Shown in pieces: positions 28,537 through 38,386 of a DNA stretch of 64,000 nucleotides. Every line of letters starts with the position of its first letter. Within the stretch, counting starts at the first letter, position 1. The stretch comes from an uncultured Actinomycetes bacterium. GTDB taxonomy: Bacteria > Actinomycetota > Acidimicrobiia > IMCC26256 > PALSA-555. The notes beneath the pieces were generated by a model. That model was not told the DNA's origin, did not search any database, and saw only the letters and a list, made by a program, of their open reading frames with translations. Position numbers and translations under genes: made by a program. The stretch spans positions 3,393,205 to 3,457,204 of the forward strand of contig OY970233.1 of the NCBI GenBank assembly GCA_963714105.1, in the 5' to 3' direction.

Positions 28537-28734
28537 ATGAGCACTTCGGATCTCGCCGAGCTGTCGACCCTCCGCGCGCAGCTCCAGGAGCTCACCGCGC
28601 GCGTCGTCGCCGTCGCCGAGGCCGCCGACCGGACACCGGACAGCGCGGTCGCCGTGGACCTGTTCACCGCGGAGCGTTCGCTGCTGGGCGCCGGACGCGC
28701 GCTCGATCGCGCCATCTCGCACGTCACACCTTGA
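28537..28734 (+). CDS. small hypothetical helical protein
   Basis: 65 aa from ATG 28537 ('MSTSDLAELSTLRAQLQELTARVVAVAEAADR'). Its 3' end overlaps the corrected nth stop by 11 nt. Confidence 0.4.
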   Translation: MSTSDLAELSTLRAQLQELTARVVAVAEAADRTPDSAVAVDLFTAERSLLGAGRALDRAISHVTP

Positions 28735-29369
28735 ACGCGCTCGGGCACACGTCGGCGAGGACGCAGTCGGCGCATCGGGGCCGACCGGGCGAGGCAGACC
28801 CGGCGACCGTGCTCGATCAGGCGCAGCGAGAACCGGCCTCGCTCCTGCTCGGGCACCAGCCGGTTCAGGTCGTGCTCGGCTTTGACCGGGTCGGTCTCGG
28901 CCGTGAGGCGGAGCCGGCGGGCGAGCCGCCCGACGTGGGTGTCGACGGGCAGACCGGGGAGGTCGAAGGCGACCGAGCGGACCACGTTCGCGGTCTTGCG
29001 GCCGACGCCCGGGAGGGTGACGAGGTCGTCGAGGTCGGTCGGGACCTGCCCGTCGAAGCGGTCCTCGAGGGCCTGGGCCATGCCCAGCAGGCTCTTGGTC
29101 TTCGAGCGGAAGAACCCGGTCGAGCGGATGAGGGTCTCCACGTCGTCCGGGTCGGCCTCGGCGAGATCGGCGGGCGTCGGGTAGCGGGCGAAGAGCGCCG
29201 GGGTGGTCTTGTTGACCATCTCGTCGGTGGACTGGGCCGAGAGGATCGTCGCGGCGAGCAGCTGGAACGCGTCGGCGTGCACGAGCGCGCACCGCACGTC
29301 CGGGTACTCGGCGCGCAGTCGCTCGAGCACGACGGTCGCGCGCTGACGCGCGCCACGCGGCAGAGCCAC
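28724..29369 (-). pseudogene. nth: endonuclease III, frame break near ~28783
   Basis: 'ILSAQSTD', 'LPGVGRKTANVV' and 'VDTHV' (HhH-GPD). The Fe-S tail 'RPRCADCVLADVCPSAFKV' is readable only after a 1-nt shift, and the stop is then TGA 28724-28726. Confidence 0.85.
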
Positions 29370-29406
29370 GAGGGCAACCTATCGGACCCGGTACGCTCGC
29401 TTCTCA

Positions 29407-30324
29407 GTGCTCGACGTTGAACTTCGGCGCCCCGTCGTGGCTGACGACATCGCGGCGCTGCGAACCGTCGCCGCACTCGCCGAGGAGGCGGCCGGGCCAT
29501 CCCGTGGTTGGCGACGCAGTGTGGCGTGACGTCGCCGCGCCGTCGGACGTGACCGCGCTGGTCGTCGCCCGAGCCGGCGCGTCGGTCGTCGGGGTGCTCC
29601 ACGTCGGGATGAGCGACTCGGAGCGCTCACCGCACGAGACGCTGTCCGTCGCGGTCGTGCCCGACGAGACGGCGGCCGACGTCGCCGTCGCGCTCGTCAC
29701 CGTCGCGCTCGAGGACCACCGGCAGCGAAGTGGAGGCCCGGTCGAGCTGTGGGTGTTCGGTGCCGACCCGGTGTGGGACGACGTCGCCGCCCGACTCGGG
29801 CTCGCCCCGGCGCGCGAGCTGCACCAGCTTCGCATCCCGCTCCCGGTCACGGAGGCGCCGCGGTGGCCGTCGGGCGTGACCACCCGCGCCTTCGTACCCG
29901 GCCGCGACGACGTCTCGTGGCTCACGGCGAACAACCGGGCCTTCGCCCAGGACCCCGACCAGGGCGGCTGGACCGTGCGCGACCCTGCGGCGACGCGAGC
30001 AGGAGCCCTGGTTCGACCCGCAGGGCTTCCTCCTCGCCGTCGAGGGCGACACGCTGGCCGGGTTCTGCTGGACGAAGCGCCACGCCCCGAACCCGCCGGT
30101 GGAACCGGCGGCGCTGGGCGAGATCTACGTCATCGGCGTCGACCCGGACCACCAGGGTCGGGGTCTCGGTCGGGCGTTGGTCGTCGCCGGGCTCGTCGAC
30201 CTCCACGACCGGCAGGGCACCCCGGTCGGGATGCTGTTCGTCGACGCCGCGAACGAAGCGGCGATCGCCCTCTACCGGTCACTCGGGTTCACCTGCACCC
30301 GGGTCGACCGCGGCGTACGCGTGA
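29407..30324 (+). pseudogene. mshD: tandem-GNAT acetyltransferase, mycothiol synthase (MshD)-like; frame breaks ~29497, ~29972 and probably ~30310
   Basis: Pieces: 'VADDIAALRTVAALAEEAAG', 'HPVVGDAVWRDV..NRAFAQDPDQGGWTVRD' and 'LRRREQEPWFDPQGFLLAVEGDTLAGFCWTK..GEIYVIGVDPDHQGRGLGRALV..LYRSLGF'. The start is GTG 29407 or 29437. The end is inferred as a GTGA overlap with rlmN. Confidence 0.55.
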
Positions 30325-31342
30325 CCGTCACCCGCTACGGCACCTCCCGCGACGAGCTCGCGGTGCTGCTCGCCGGTGAGCCCCGCTACCGGGTCGATCA
30401 GGTCTTCGACGCGCTGTGGCGACGGCGGGTGCCCCTCGAGGCGGCCACCGAGCTCCCCGGTGCGCTCCGCGGACCGTCTCGCCGAGGCGTTGCCGCTCGC
30501 GCTGACGCCGATCGTGGAAGCCACCGCGGCCGACACGATGACCACGAAGTGGCTCTGGGCCGCCGAGGGTGACAGCCAGATCGAGACGGTGCTGATGCGC
30601 TCCCCGCGGCGGGCGAGCGTGTGCGTGTCGTCGCAGGCCGGCTGCGCGATGGGGTGCACGTTCTGCGCGACCGGGCAGGCCGGCTTCGAGCGGCATCTCG
30701 ACCGCGGCCGAGATCGTCGAGCAGGTGCTCCGAGCGCAGCACTACGTCGCCCCAGCGGGTCACGAACGTCGTCTACATGGGGATGGGCGAACCGCTCGCC
30801 AACTACGACCCGGTCTGGGAGTCGGTGCGCAGCGATCCACGACCGACCTCGGCATCTCGGCCCGTCGCATCACGGTCAGCACCGTCGGGGTCGTCCCCGG
30901 GATGCGGCGCCTCGCGCGGAGACGCTGCCCGTGACGCTCGCGGTGTCGCTGCACGCACCCGACGACGCGCTGCGGTCCCGGCTCGTCCCGCTCAACCACC
31001 GCTACCCGATCGCCGAGGTGCTCGACGCCGCTGCCGAGGTCGCCGGGGCCCGGGGCCGACGGGTCACGTTCGAGTACGCCGGCATCCGGGACCTGAACGA
31101 CACGGCCACGCACGCTGAAGCCTTGGGGCGGCTCCTCGGCGCCTGGCCCGGCGTCGGGCGGCGCCCACGTGAACCTGATCCCCCTGAACCCGACCGCCGG
31201 GTTCGCCGGGCGGGCCTCCTCCCCGGCTCGGCTCCGCGACTTCGCCCGGCGGCTCCAAGCCCGCGGGGTCAGCGCCACGGTCCGGCGACCCCGCGGGGTC
31301 GACATCGACGCGGCCTGCGGGCAGCTCCGCCGCCGAGCCTGA
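30321..31342 (+). pseudogene. rlmN: 23S rRNA/tRNA A-C2 methyltransferase RlmN (radical SAM), at least six frame breaks
   Basis: Colinear pieces in alternating frames: 'GEPRYRVDQVFDALW', 'VCVSSQAGCAMGCTFCATGQAGFERHL', 'TAAEIVEQV', 'NVVYMGMGEPLANYD', 'GISARRITVSTVGVVPGMRRLA', '[27 protein letters not shown]' and '[15 protein letters not shown]'. Stop at 31340-31342. Confidence 0.85.
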
Positions 31343-31379
31343 TCCCCGCTCGGGTGTCGCTTTCGACCACAATGGGCCC

Positions 31380-31741
31380 GTGGGCCGATACAAGTTCCTG
31401 AACCAGCACCAGCCCCAGACCCTCGTCATCGCGACGCTGTTCTGCTACATCGACGCCGTCTTCGGCTTCCTCGGCGGGCGTCGTGACCACGTCGGCGATC
31501 CTGGCGCTCATCACCATCTTCGGGCTCGCCGTCGGCGGGTTCGGCATCGCGAACGAGAAGAAGTGGGGCTACGGCGTGGCCGTCGCCGCCGCCATCCTCC
31601 AGGTCGGTGGGCTCGTCGCCGTCGGCGGCACCTCGGTGCTCGAGCTTCCCGCTGATCCTCAACCTCATCTTCGACGGAGCCCTCGTCGCGCTGCTCCTCC
31701 ACCCCGAGAGCCGCGGCTACCAGCGCATCTGGTTCAAGTAG
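31380..31741 (+). pseudogene. small conserved-looking membrane protein, two frame breaks (~31475, ~31645)
   Basis: 'MGRYKFLNQHQPQTLVIATLFCYIDAVFGFLGG' / 'TSAILALITIFGLAVGGFGIANEKKWGYGVAVAAAILQVGGLVAVGG' / 'FPLILNLIFDGALVALLLHPESRGYQRIWFK'-stop. Confidence 0.5.
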
Positions 31742-31749
31742 ACGCTGGA

Positions 31750-31765
31750 CCCGGCCCGGGCCGGG
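31750..31765. terminator. perfect 16-bp GC palindrome between convergent genes (candidate bidirectional terminator)
   Basis: CCCGGCCCGGGCCGGG, 9 nt after the stop at 31741 and 66 nt after the stop at 31832. Confidence 0.35.
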
Positions 31766-31831
31766 ATCCCCGAGAACCGTTGCCGCACAAGGGTCGAGAA
31801 AGATGCGTACCGCAGGCCGGACGTCTCGACG

Positions 31832-32392
31832 CTAGAGAACCGCGATCGCCCAAGCGATTGCCTGGATACCCACCAGCCAGCACACGACCACGAACGTCCA
31901 CATGAGCTGTCGGATCTTCTTCTCGTTGTCGGCGCGATCGGCCTCGTAGCCCATGACCCACCTGAACGCGAGATCGTAAGCCCTCACGCCAGGGCCCGAT
32001 TCGACGACTCCGAGCTGGTCGAGCAGTGAGTGGTCGTACTTGAGCGCGCGTGGCCTGATCACACGCGCAACGAGAAGCACGGTGAGTGCGAACGCCAACA
32101 AGGCTACGGGGATCGCGTAGTCCGCGATGCTCGATCGCCGCGACGGCAGTTGCGAACCGAACAGTGCCGCGATGACCGTCCCAACCGAAAGCATCGTGAT
32201 CGCGCGGCCACGCAGAGACTCCAGCGCGGCGCACTGCTCGGCCAGCATCCGCCGGTTCTCCTCCAGCAGCATCGTTACGACGGACATGTTCGTCAACTGC
32301 TGGTCGTCGTCGGCCAGTCCCAGCAGCCCGTCCAGTCCGGCTCGTTTGATCGCCTGTGAGGCGAACGTCTGCACGCGCATTGATGCCCTCAA
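31832..32392 (-). CDS. hypothetical 3-TM membrane protein (no family recognised)
   Basis: 186 aa. An N-terminal amphipathic helix is followed by 'AITMLSVGTVIAALFG', 'YAIPVALLAFALTVLLVARVI' and 'LMWTFVVVCWLVGIQAIAWAIAVL'. Third-position GC is lower than in neighbours. Confidence 0.6.
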   Translation of the reverse strand: MRASMRVQTFASQAIKRAGLDGLLGLADDDQQLTNMSVVTMLLEENRRMLAEQCAALESLRGRAITMLSVGTVIAALFGSQLPSRRSSIADYAIPVALLAFALTVLLVARVIRPRALKYDHSLLDQLGVVESGPGVRAYDLAFRWVMGYEADRADNEKKIRQLMWTFVVVCWLVGIQAIAWAIAVL

Positions 32393-32577
32393 TCAGTCCC
32401 ACCGCGAGACCCAATCGTCAGGGTGTCATCGACCTCAGCGGGGTCGGGGTTGATACCTACTGCGTTTGCCGTTGCTGTCAACCCGCGGCCTCGGGATCCA
32501 GTTGGCCTTCCGGGTGATCGGGCCGCGGTCGACGCGGTCCAAGCTCCGCCGGGATCGGGCCACGTTACGATCCGCGA

Positions 32578-33168
32578 ATGAGCGACGTGGTGGAGTTCGA
32601 GCCGTTCGGCGCGTGGATCTTCGCCCTCAACGGCCGGGTCCTGGAGATCTTCGGACCCATTCATCCGGGCTGGAACGTCAACAATCTCGTCTATCTCGAC
32701 TCGTGGCGGATTCACGTCAAGCACCTCAACGTCCAGGTCGCAGGCCCGGATAAGAAGGGATTCCACGAGGTCGCGTTCTTGTCGCAGGCCCACAGCGGCG
32801 GCGCGTCGCCGAACGGCTCGAGCATCGTGACGTTCACCAAGCTCGACGACGCGCAGCGAAGCCGCTTTCAGCCCCTTCTCGACGCGCTCGCCAATGTGAC
32901 GGCGGCTACGGCGTCTGGCGGCGCGTCCAACGAGCTGCTCGCAACCAAGACCAACGCGTTGCAAGCGCTCCTGAGCCGGCACGGTGTGCGCTTGGGCTCG
33001 CAGCCCGAGGACGTGAGAAGAGCGGTGGTCAGTGACCTGCAAGCCGCGGGGATCGCCATCGACCCGGACAGCTTGGCGATGCAATTCACGGATCCAGGGC
33101 AGCCCGACACGATGCTCGCCGTCTACAAGCGCCACGACCTCTTGCCGGCGGACGCCGCGATCGGCTGA
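32578..33168 (+). CDS. hypothetical protein (no family recognised)
   Basis: 196 aa with clear GC3 periodicity. The N-half is beta-rich ('WRIHVKHLNVQVAGPDKKGFHEVAF') and the C-half is helical and Ala/Leu-rich. Confidence 0.6.
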   Translation: MSDVVEFEPFGAWIFALNGRVLEIFGPIHPGWNVNNLVYLDSWRIHVKHLNVQVAGPDKKGFHEVAFLSQAHSGGASPNGSSIVTFTKLDDAQRSRFQPLLDALANVTAATASGGASNELLATKTNALQALLSRHGVRLGSQPEDVRRAVVSDLQAAGIAIDPDSLAMQFTDPGQPDTMLAVYKRHDLLPADAAIG

Positions 33169-33203
33169 CCCGCTTGACCCCAAGACGGCCCGGGCGTCAT
33201 CGT

Positions 33204-33431
33204 TTGGCCGTCGGCCGCGTCGAGCTGGAGGTGCTCCGCCGCGACCTCGGTGCTGCGCGGGTACTCGCCGGGATGCAGCTCCCGGCCCCGTTCCAGCAGG
33301 CAGACGGACTGCCCGGCCCGGGCGAGACGCGACGCCGCGATCGATGCTCCGTACCCCGAACCGACGACCACCACGCGGTAGTGGTCGCGAATCTCGCTCA
33401 GCGGGCTCGAGAGCCGCTGCGGGTCTCCCAC
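33204..33431 (-). pseudogene. GMC/cholesterol-oxidase-type FAD oxidoreductase, N-terminal fragment only
   Basis: GTG 33431. 'HYRVVVVGSGYGASIAASRLARAGQSVCLLERGRELHPGEYP' is the Rossmann GxGxG start. Homology is lost after ~75 codons. Confidence 0.6.
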
Positions 33432-33538
33432 CGCGCGGGAGCGTAGCCCCGCGGCCCCAATCGGGGTCGGGGGCTCGCCGGCACCGGCGCGCGCGTCCCG
33501 CCGCCGCACCCGCGGTCGCGCCGATACACTGCGCCGCC

Positions 33539-35117
33539 GTGCCGGGCGCAGCCAAGGTGATCGACGACCTGGTCGACGCGCTCCGCCCCATCGAGGTCGA
33601 CCTCGCGCGTCGCGTGGTGGGAAGCGAGCACCCACACGTCCGAAGCGGTGAACCGCCGCAAGGCCGAGCTGGAGCTCGACCGCCGGCGGCTCCTCGCCGA
33701 CCCGGACGCGTTCGCCGCGGTGCAGGCCGTCCGCAACGCGGGCGATCTCGACGCCGACACCCGCCGTCACGTGGACCTGCTGCACGACGCGATGGTCCCC
33801 AACCAGGTCCCCGAGGACCTGCAGCGCCGCATCGTCGAGCTCGAATCCGACGTCGAGGCCACCTTCACCTCGTTTCGCGGTGAGCTCGACGGGGAGCGGG
33901 TCGCCGACAACGCGATCCTCGACATCCTGCGGGCCAGCGACGACAGCGGGCTCCGCCGGCGGGCGTGGGAGGCGTCGAAGCAGGTCGGCGCCGCGGTGGC
34001 CGGGCAGGTTCGGGACCTGGCCCGGCTCCGCAACGCCGCGGCCCGGTCGGTCGGCTACCGGGACCACTACGCCCTCGCGCTCGGCGTCGGCGAGATGGAC
34101 GAGGCCCGGCTGCTCGCCACCCTTGACGAGGTCGACGAGGCCACGAGGGCCCCGTTCGCGGCCTGGAAGGAGCAGCTCGACGCGGCGCTCGCGGCCCGCT
34201 TCGGCGTCGCCCCGACCGAGCTTGCCCCCTGGCACCTCGACGACCCGTTCTTCCAGGACCCGCCCGCGGCGGGCGCCCTCGACCTCGACGACCGGTTCAC
34301 GACCGCGGACCTCGAAGCGCTGACGGTGCGCACCTACGACGGCCTCGGCCTCGACGTGCGGCCCGTCCTCGTCCGCAGCGACCTGTACAGCCGGGACGGC
34401 AAGAACCAGCACGCGTTCTGCATCGACATCGACCGAGAAGGCGACGTGCGGGTGCTCTGCAACGTGGAGCCCAGCGAACGGTGGATGGACACGATGCTCC
34501 ACGAGTTCGGGCACGCCGCCTACAACCAGGGCGTCGCGTCGAGCCTGCCGTGGCTGGTGCGCGACGCCGCGCACGCGCTCACCACGGAAGGCGTGGCGAT
34601 GCTCTTCGGCCGGTTGGTGCGCTCACCGGAATGGCTGGCCCAGGTGGCCGGTGTGCCCGCCGCCGACGTCGAGACGCTCCGCCCCCGACTGGCGGCGGCG
34701 CGGCGAGCCTCGCTGCTCGTGTTCGCGCGCTGGGTGCTCGTCGTCACCCACTTCGAGCGGCGCCTCTACGCGGACCCCGATGGCGACCTGGACACCGCCT
34801 GGTGGGACCTCGTCGAGCGCTACCAGCACGTCCTTCGCCCCGACGGTCGCGACGGCCCCGACTGGGCCGCCAAGATCCACCTCGCGGTCGTACCCGTCTA
34901 CTACCAGAACTACCTGTACGGCGAGCTGTTCGCGTCGCAACTCGAATCGACGCTCACCGCGCGGGCCGGCGGGTTCGTCGACCGGCGTGAGGCGGGACGG
35001 TTCCTCGCCGACGCGGTCTTCGCGCCGGGCGCGTCGCGACGGTGGGATCACCTGGTCCGCGACGCGACCGGCGAGCCGCTGAACGCGGCGCATCTCGCCG
35101 CGCACCTCGCACCCTGA
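33539..35117 (+). pseudogene. HExxH zinc metallopeptidase (M3/M2-like oligopeptidase family), frame break near ~33610
   Basis: 'VIDDLVDALRPIEVDLAR' runs from GTG 33539. ORF 33648..35117, reached after a 1-nt shift, carries 'AWWEASTHTSEAVNRRKAELE..' and 'MDTMLHEFGHAAY'. Confidence 0.7.
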
Positions 35118-35121
35118 CTCG

Positions 35122-36294
35122 ATGTGCGACACCCTGTGCGTGGTCGCTGACCAGGGGACGCTGTTCGCCAAGAACTCGGACCGGCCCCGCGGTGAGGCGC
35201 AGCTCCTCGAGACGCTCCCGCGCCGCGCCGCCGGCTCGAACCTCGCGACCACGCACCTGACCATCCCCGACGACGGGGCGTACACGCTGGTCGGCTCGCG
35301 ACCGGCGTGGTGCTGGGGTCTCGAGCACGGGGTCAACGAGCATCGCGTCGCGATCGGCAACGAACGCGTCTACACGCGCGACGATCCCGACGCCGCCCCA
35401 ACCGGCCTGACCGGCATGGACCTAGTCCGCCTCGGGCTCGAACGGGCCCGATCCGGCGACGAGGCCGTCGCGGTGATGACCGGCCTCCTCGAACGCCACG
35501 GCCAGGGCGGACGCTGCCGAGCCGACCGAGACGAGGCGTACTTCTCGTCGTTCCTGATCGCCGACCCGTCCGGCGCGTGGGTGCTCGAGACCAGCGGGCG
35601 CAGCTGGGCTGCCGCCCGCCGGGCCCGCGGCGCCGCGATCTCGAACGCCCTCACCGTCGGCGACGACTGGTCCGCGGCGTCGGTCGACGTGCCCGCCGGG
35701 TCCCGGTTCGACGCCCGGCGGGACCCCGAGCACCCGACCGGACCGGCGGAGCGCCGGCGGGCGGTCACCGCCGCGTGCGTGACCAGCGGTTCCGCGCCGC
35801 TGACCCCCGGCGACCTCGTCTCGATCCTCCGCGACCACGGCGCGACCGCGTGGGGGCGTCCGGGCCGGACCGGTGCCGTCCCCCCGCCGGATCACGACGG
35901 CGACACGGCGTGGACGGTGTGTCTGCACCTCCCCGACCTCGGTCTCGCGACGACCGCGTCGCTCGTCGCCGAGCTTCCCCGCGACCGCGACGTGCCGGTG
36001 CGGGCGTGGGCTGCGCTGGGCAGCCCGTCCGCGTCGGTCTACGTGCCGCTGTTCCCGCCGGTGAGCCCCCCGATGCTCGCCGACGCGAGGACGTGGGGTC
36101 GTTTCGCCCGGCTCCGGGACCAGGTCGAGGCCGAACCCGCGACCCTCGGCGAGCTCCGCGCCGAGCTCGCCCTCGTGGAGGCCCGATGCTGGGCCGACGC
36201 CGACACCGCCGGCGGCGACGGGCACCACCGACGGGCGTTCGTCGACGCGACCGCCGCCGCGGTCGACACGGCACTCACCCGGCTCGGCGTGTGA
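35122..36294 (+). CDS. Ntn-hydrolase, peptidase C69/secernin-like
   Basis: N-terminal 'MCDTLCVV..GTLFAKNSDRPRGEAQ' (Cys2 nucleophile). 390 aa. Confidence 0.65.
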   Translation: MCDTLCVVADQGTLFAKNSDRPRGEAQLLETLPRRAAGSNLATTHLTIPDDGAYTLVGSRPAWCWGLEHGVNEHRVAIGNERVYTRDDPDAAPTGLTGMDLVRLGLERARSGDEAVAVMTGLLERHGQGGRCRADRDEAYFSSFLIADPSGAWVLETSGRSWAAARRARGAAISNALTVGDDWSAASVDVPAGSRFDARRDPEHPTGPAERRRAVTAACVTSGSAPLTPGDLVSILRDHGATAWGRPGRTGAVPPPDHDGDTAWTVCLHLPDLGLATTASLVAELPRDRDVPVRAWAALGSPSASVYVPLFPPVSPPMLADARTWGRFARLRDQVEAEPATLGELRAELALVEARCWADADTAGGDGHHRRAFVDATAAAVDTALTRLGV

Positions 36295-36326
36295 CTTCGA
36301 CGAGCCGGCCCGTACGATCCAGGGTC

Positions 36327-37920
36327 ATGGAGTTCAACCTCGCCGACCTGTGGGAAGCCGTCGTGGACGCGATCCCCGACCGGGAGGCGTTGGTGTGCGG
36401 GAACCGGCGACTCTCGTTCGCCACCGCCGACGAACGCGCGAACCGCCTCGCCCACACGCTGGCGGCACGCGGGATCGGCGCCGGTGATCACGTCGCGCTG
36501 TACCTGTACAACGGCACCGAGTACCTGGAAGCCATGCTCGCGGCGTACAAGATCCGCGCCGTTCCGATCAACGTCAACTACCGCTACGTCGAGGAGGAGC
36601 TCCGCTACCTCCTCGACGACAGCGACGCCAAGGCCGTCGTGTTCGACCGCACGTTCGCCCCGAAGCTGACCGCGATCCGTGACCAGCTCCCCGAGCTCGG
36701 CGTCTACATCAGCGTCGCCGACGACTCCGCTGCCGACCTCGCGCGCTCGACGCGGTCGACTACGAGACCGCCCTCGCCGCCGCCGATCCCGACCGCGGGT
36801 TCCCCGACCGCTCCGCCGACGACCTCTACATCCTGTACACGGGGGGCACGACCGGCATGCCGAAGGGGGTGATGTGGCGCCACGAAGACATCTTCTTCGG
36901 CGCCTTCGGCGGCGGGGGCCTCGGCGACCCGATCACCACCCCGGACGCGATCGCCGACCGGGCCCGCGCCGGCACCACCCGCTGTCTCCCGGCCTGCCCG
37001 TTCATGCACGGCACGGCGCACTGGATGGCGTTCCTCACCCTCTACACCGGCGGCGCGGTGATCATCTCCCCCGACCGGTCCCTCCACGCTCGGCGGGTCT
37101 GGGAGCTCGCGGCCGCCGAGCACGTCAACTTCCTCGTCATCGTCGGCGACGCGCTCGGCCGTCCCCTCGTCGAAGCGCTCGACGAGCTCGACGACCGCGT
37201 CGACCTCTCCGGGCTCGCGCTGCTGCTCTCGGGCGGGGCGATCCTGTCCCCGCCGGTCAAGCGGGCGCTGCGGGAACGGCTCCCCCAGACCCTCGTCATC
37301 GACGGGTTCGGCTCGTCCGAGGCGGGCGGGCAGGGCCAGATGATCGTGACCAGCGACGCCGACGTCGCCGCCCAGCCCCGCTTCCGCGTCGACGACGACA
37401 CCGCGGTGCTCACCGGTGACTTCCAGCGGGCCCCGGCCGGGACGGTCGGCAAGCTCGCCCGGCGGGGCCGGGTGCCGCTCGGCTACTACCACGACCCGGT
37501 GAAGAGCGCAGAGACGTTCCCGGTCGTCGACGGGGTCCGCTGGTCCGTGCCCGGCGACGACGCCCGCCTCGAAGACGACGGGACGATCACCGTCCTCGGC
37601 CGCGGGTCGGTGTCCATCAACACCGGTGGCGAGAAGGTGTACCCCGAAGAGGTCGAAGGCGCGCTGAAGAGCCATCCCGCAGTGTTCGACGCGGTCGTCG
37701 TCGGCGTCCCCGACGAACGGTGGGGGAACGGGTCGTCGCGGTCGTGCAACCCCGCGACGGCGAGCACCCCACACTCGAGCAGCTCGCTGACCACACGAGG
37801 GACCACGTCGCCGGGTACAAGGTGCCGCGCCAGGCCGTGCTCGTCGACCACGTCGAACGGTCCCCGTCGGGGAAGCCGGACTACCGGTGGGCGAAGCGCA
37901 TCGCGCAACACGCGAGCTGA
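36327..37920 (+). pseudogene. AMP-dependent acyl-CoA synthetase/ligase, frame breaks ~36745 and ~37725 (G-run)
   Basis: 'LYILYTGGTTGMPKGVMWRHEDIFF', 'DGFGSSEAG', 'GDDARLEDDGTITVLGRGSVSINTGGEKVYPEEVE' and the tail 'ERVVAVVQPR..GYKVPR..SPSGKPDY'. Confidence 0.8.
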
Positions 37921-37996
37921 CCACGCCGGTCGCGGCGCGTCCGCGCTGCGCCGACCGCGACGGTTCGCCCAGCCGCTCACGCCCGGCCTGCAGCCG

Positions 37997-38300
37997 TCAG
38001 CCGGTGAACTTCGGGGTCAGAGCACCGCGGTCGGCGCCGTCGCGCAGCTGTCCGCGGCTGGGTCGAAGGTGATCGTCACCTGACCGTTGCCGGTCAAGGT
38101 GCTCGCCGTCGACGACAAGGTGACCGCGTTCGTGGGCGAACGACGAACCGCCGCCGCCGCGTAGCCGCCGCCCCCACCGGACACCGATTCGGCTGCGCCG
38201 CCGCCGGCGCCGCCGGCGCCGCCGTGCCGCAGCGGGCCCACCCCCGGCCAGGATCCTGGCCCACCCAGCCGAGAGCCGGCGGTGCCGGCTCTGGCGCACG
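37997..38300 (-). pseudogene. 3' remnant of a glycine-rich secreted protein ending in ...LTPKFTG
   Basis: '[57 protein letters not shown]' (ORF 38017..38406), then after a 1-nt shift 'LTPKFTG'-stop. There is no signal peptide or N-terminal part, because the next gene starts at 38387. Confidence 0.4.
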
Positions 38301-38386
38301 AACCGACCGACCGCCTCCGCCGGTCGGTCCGCCGCGGGGTGGCGCGAGCGCCTGGAGGGTGCGACGGCGACGCCAGACTGGGGGTG

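Noticed and set aside
26066-31741. Frame breaks considered as programmed frameshifting or genuine mass pseudogenisation
   Set aside because: No slippery heptamers lie at the breaks. Several are in homopolymers. The genes hit are essential or biosynthetic and the peptide segments remain perfectly conserved. Sequencing or assembly error is more parsimonious, but cannot be proven without reads.
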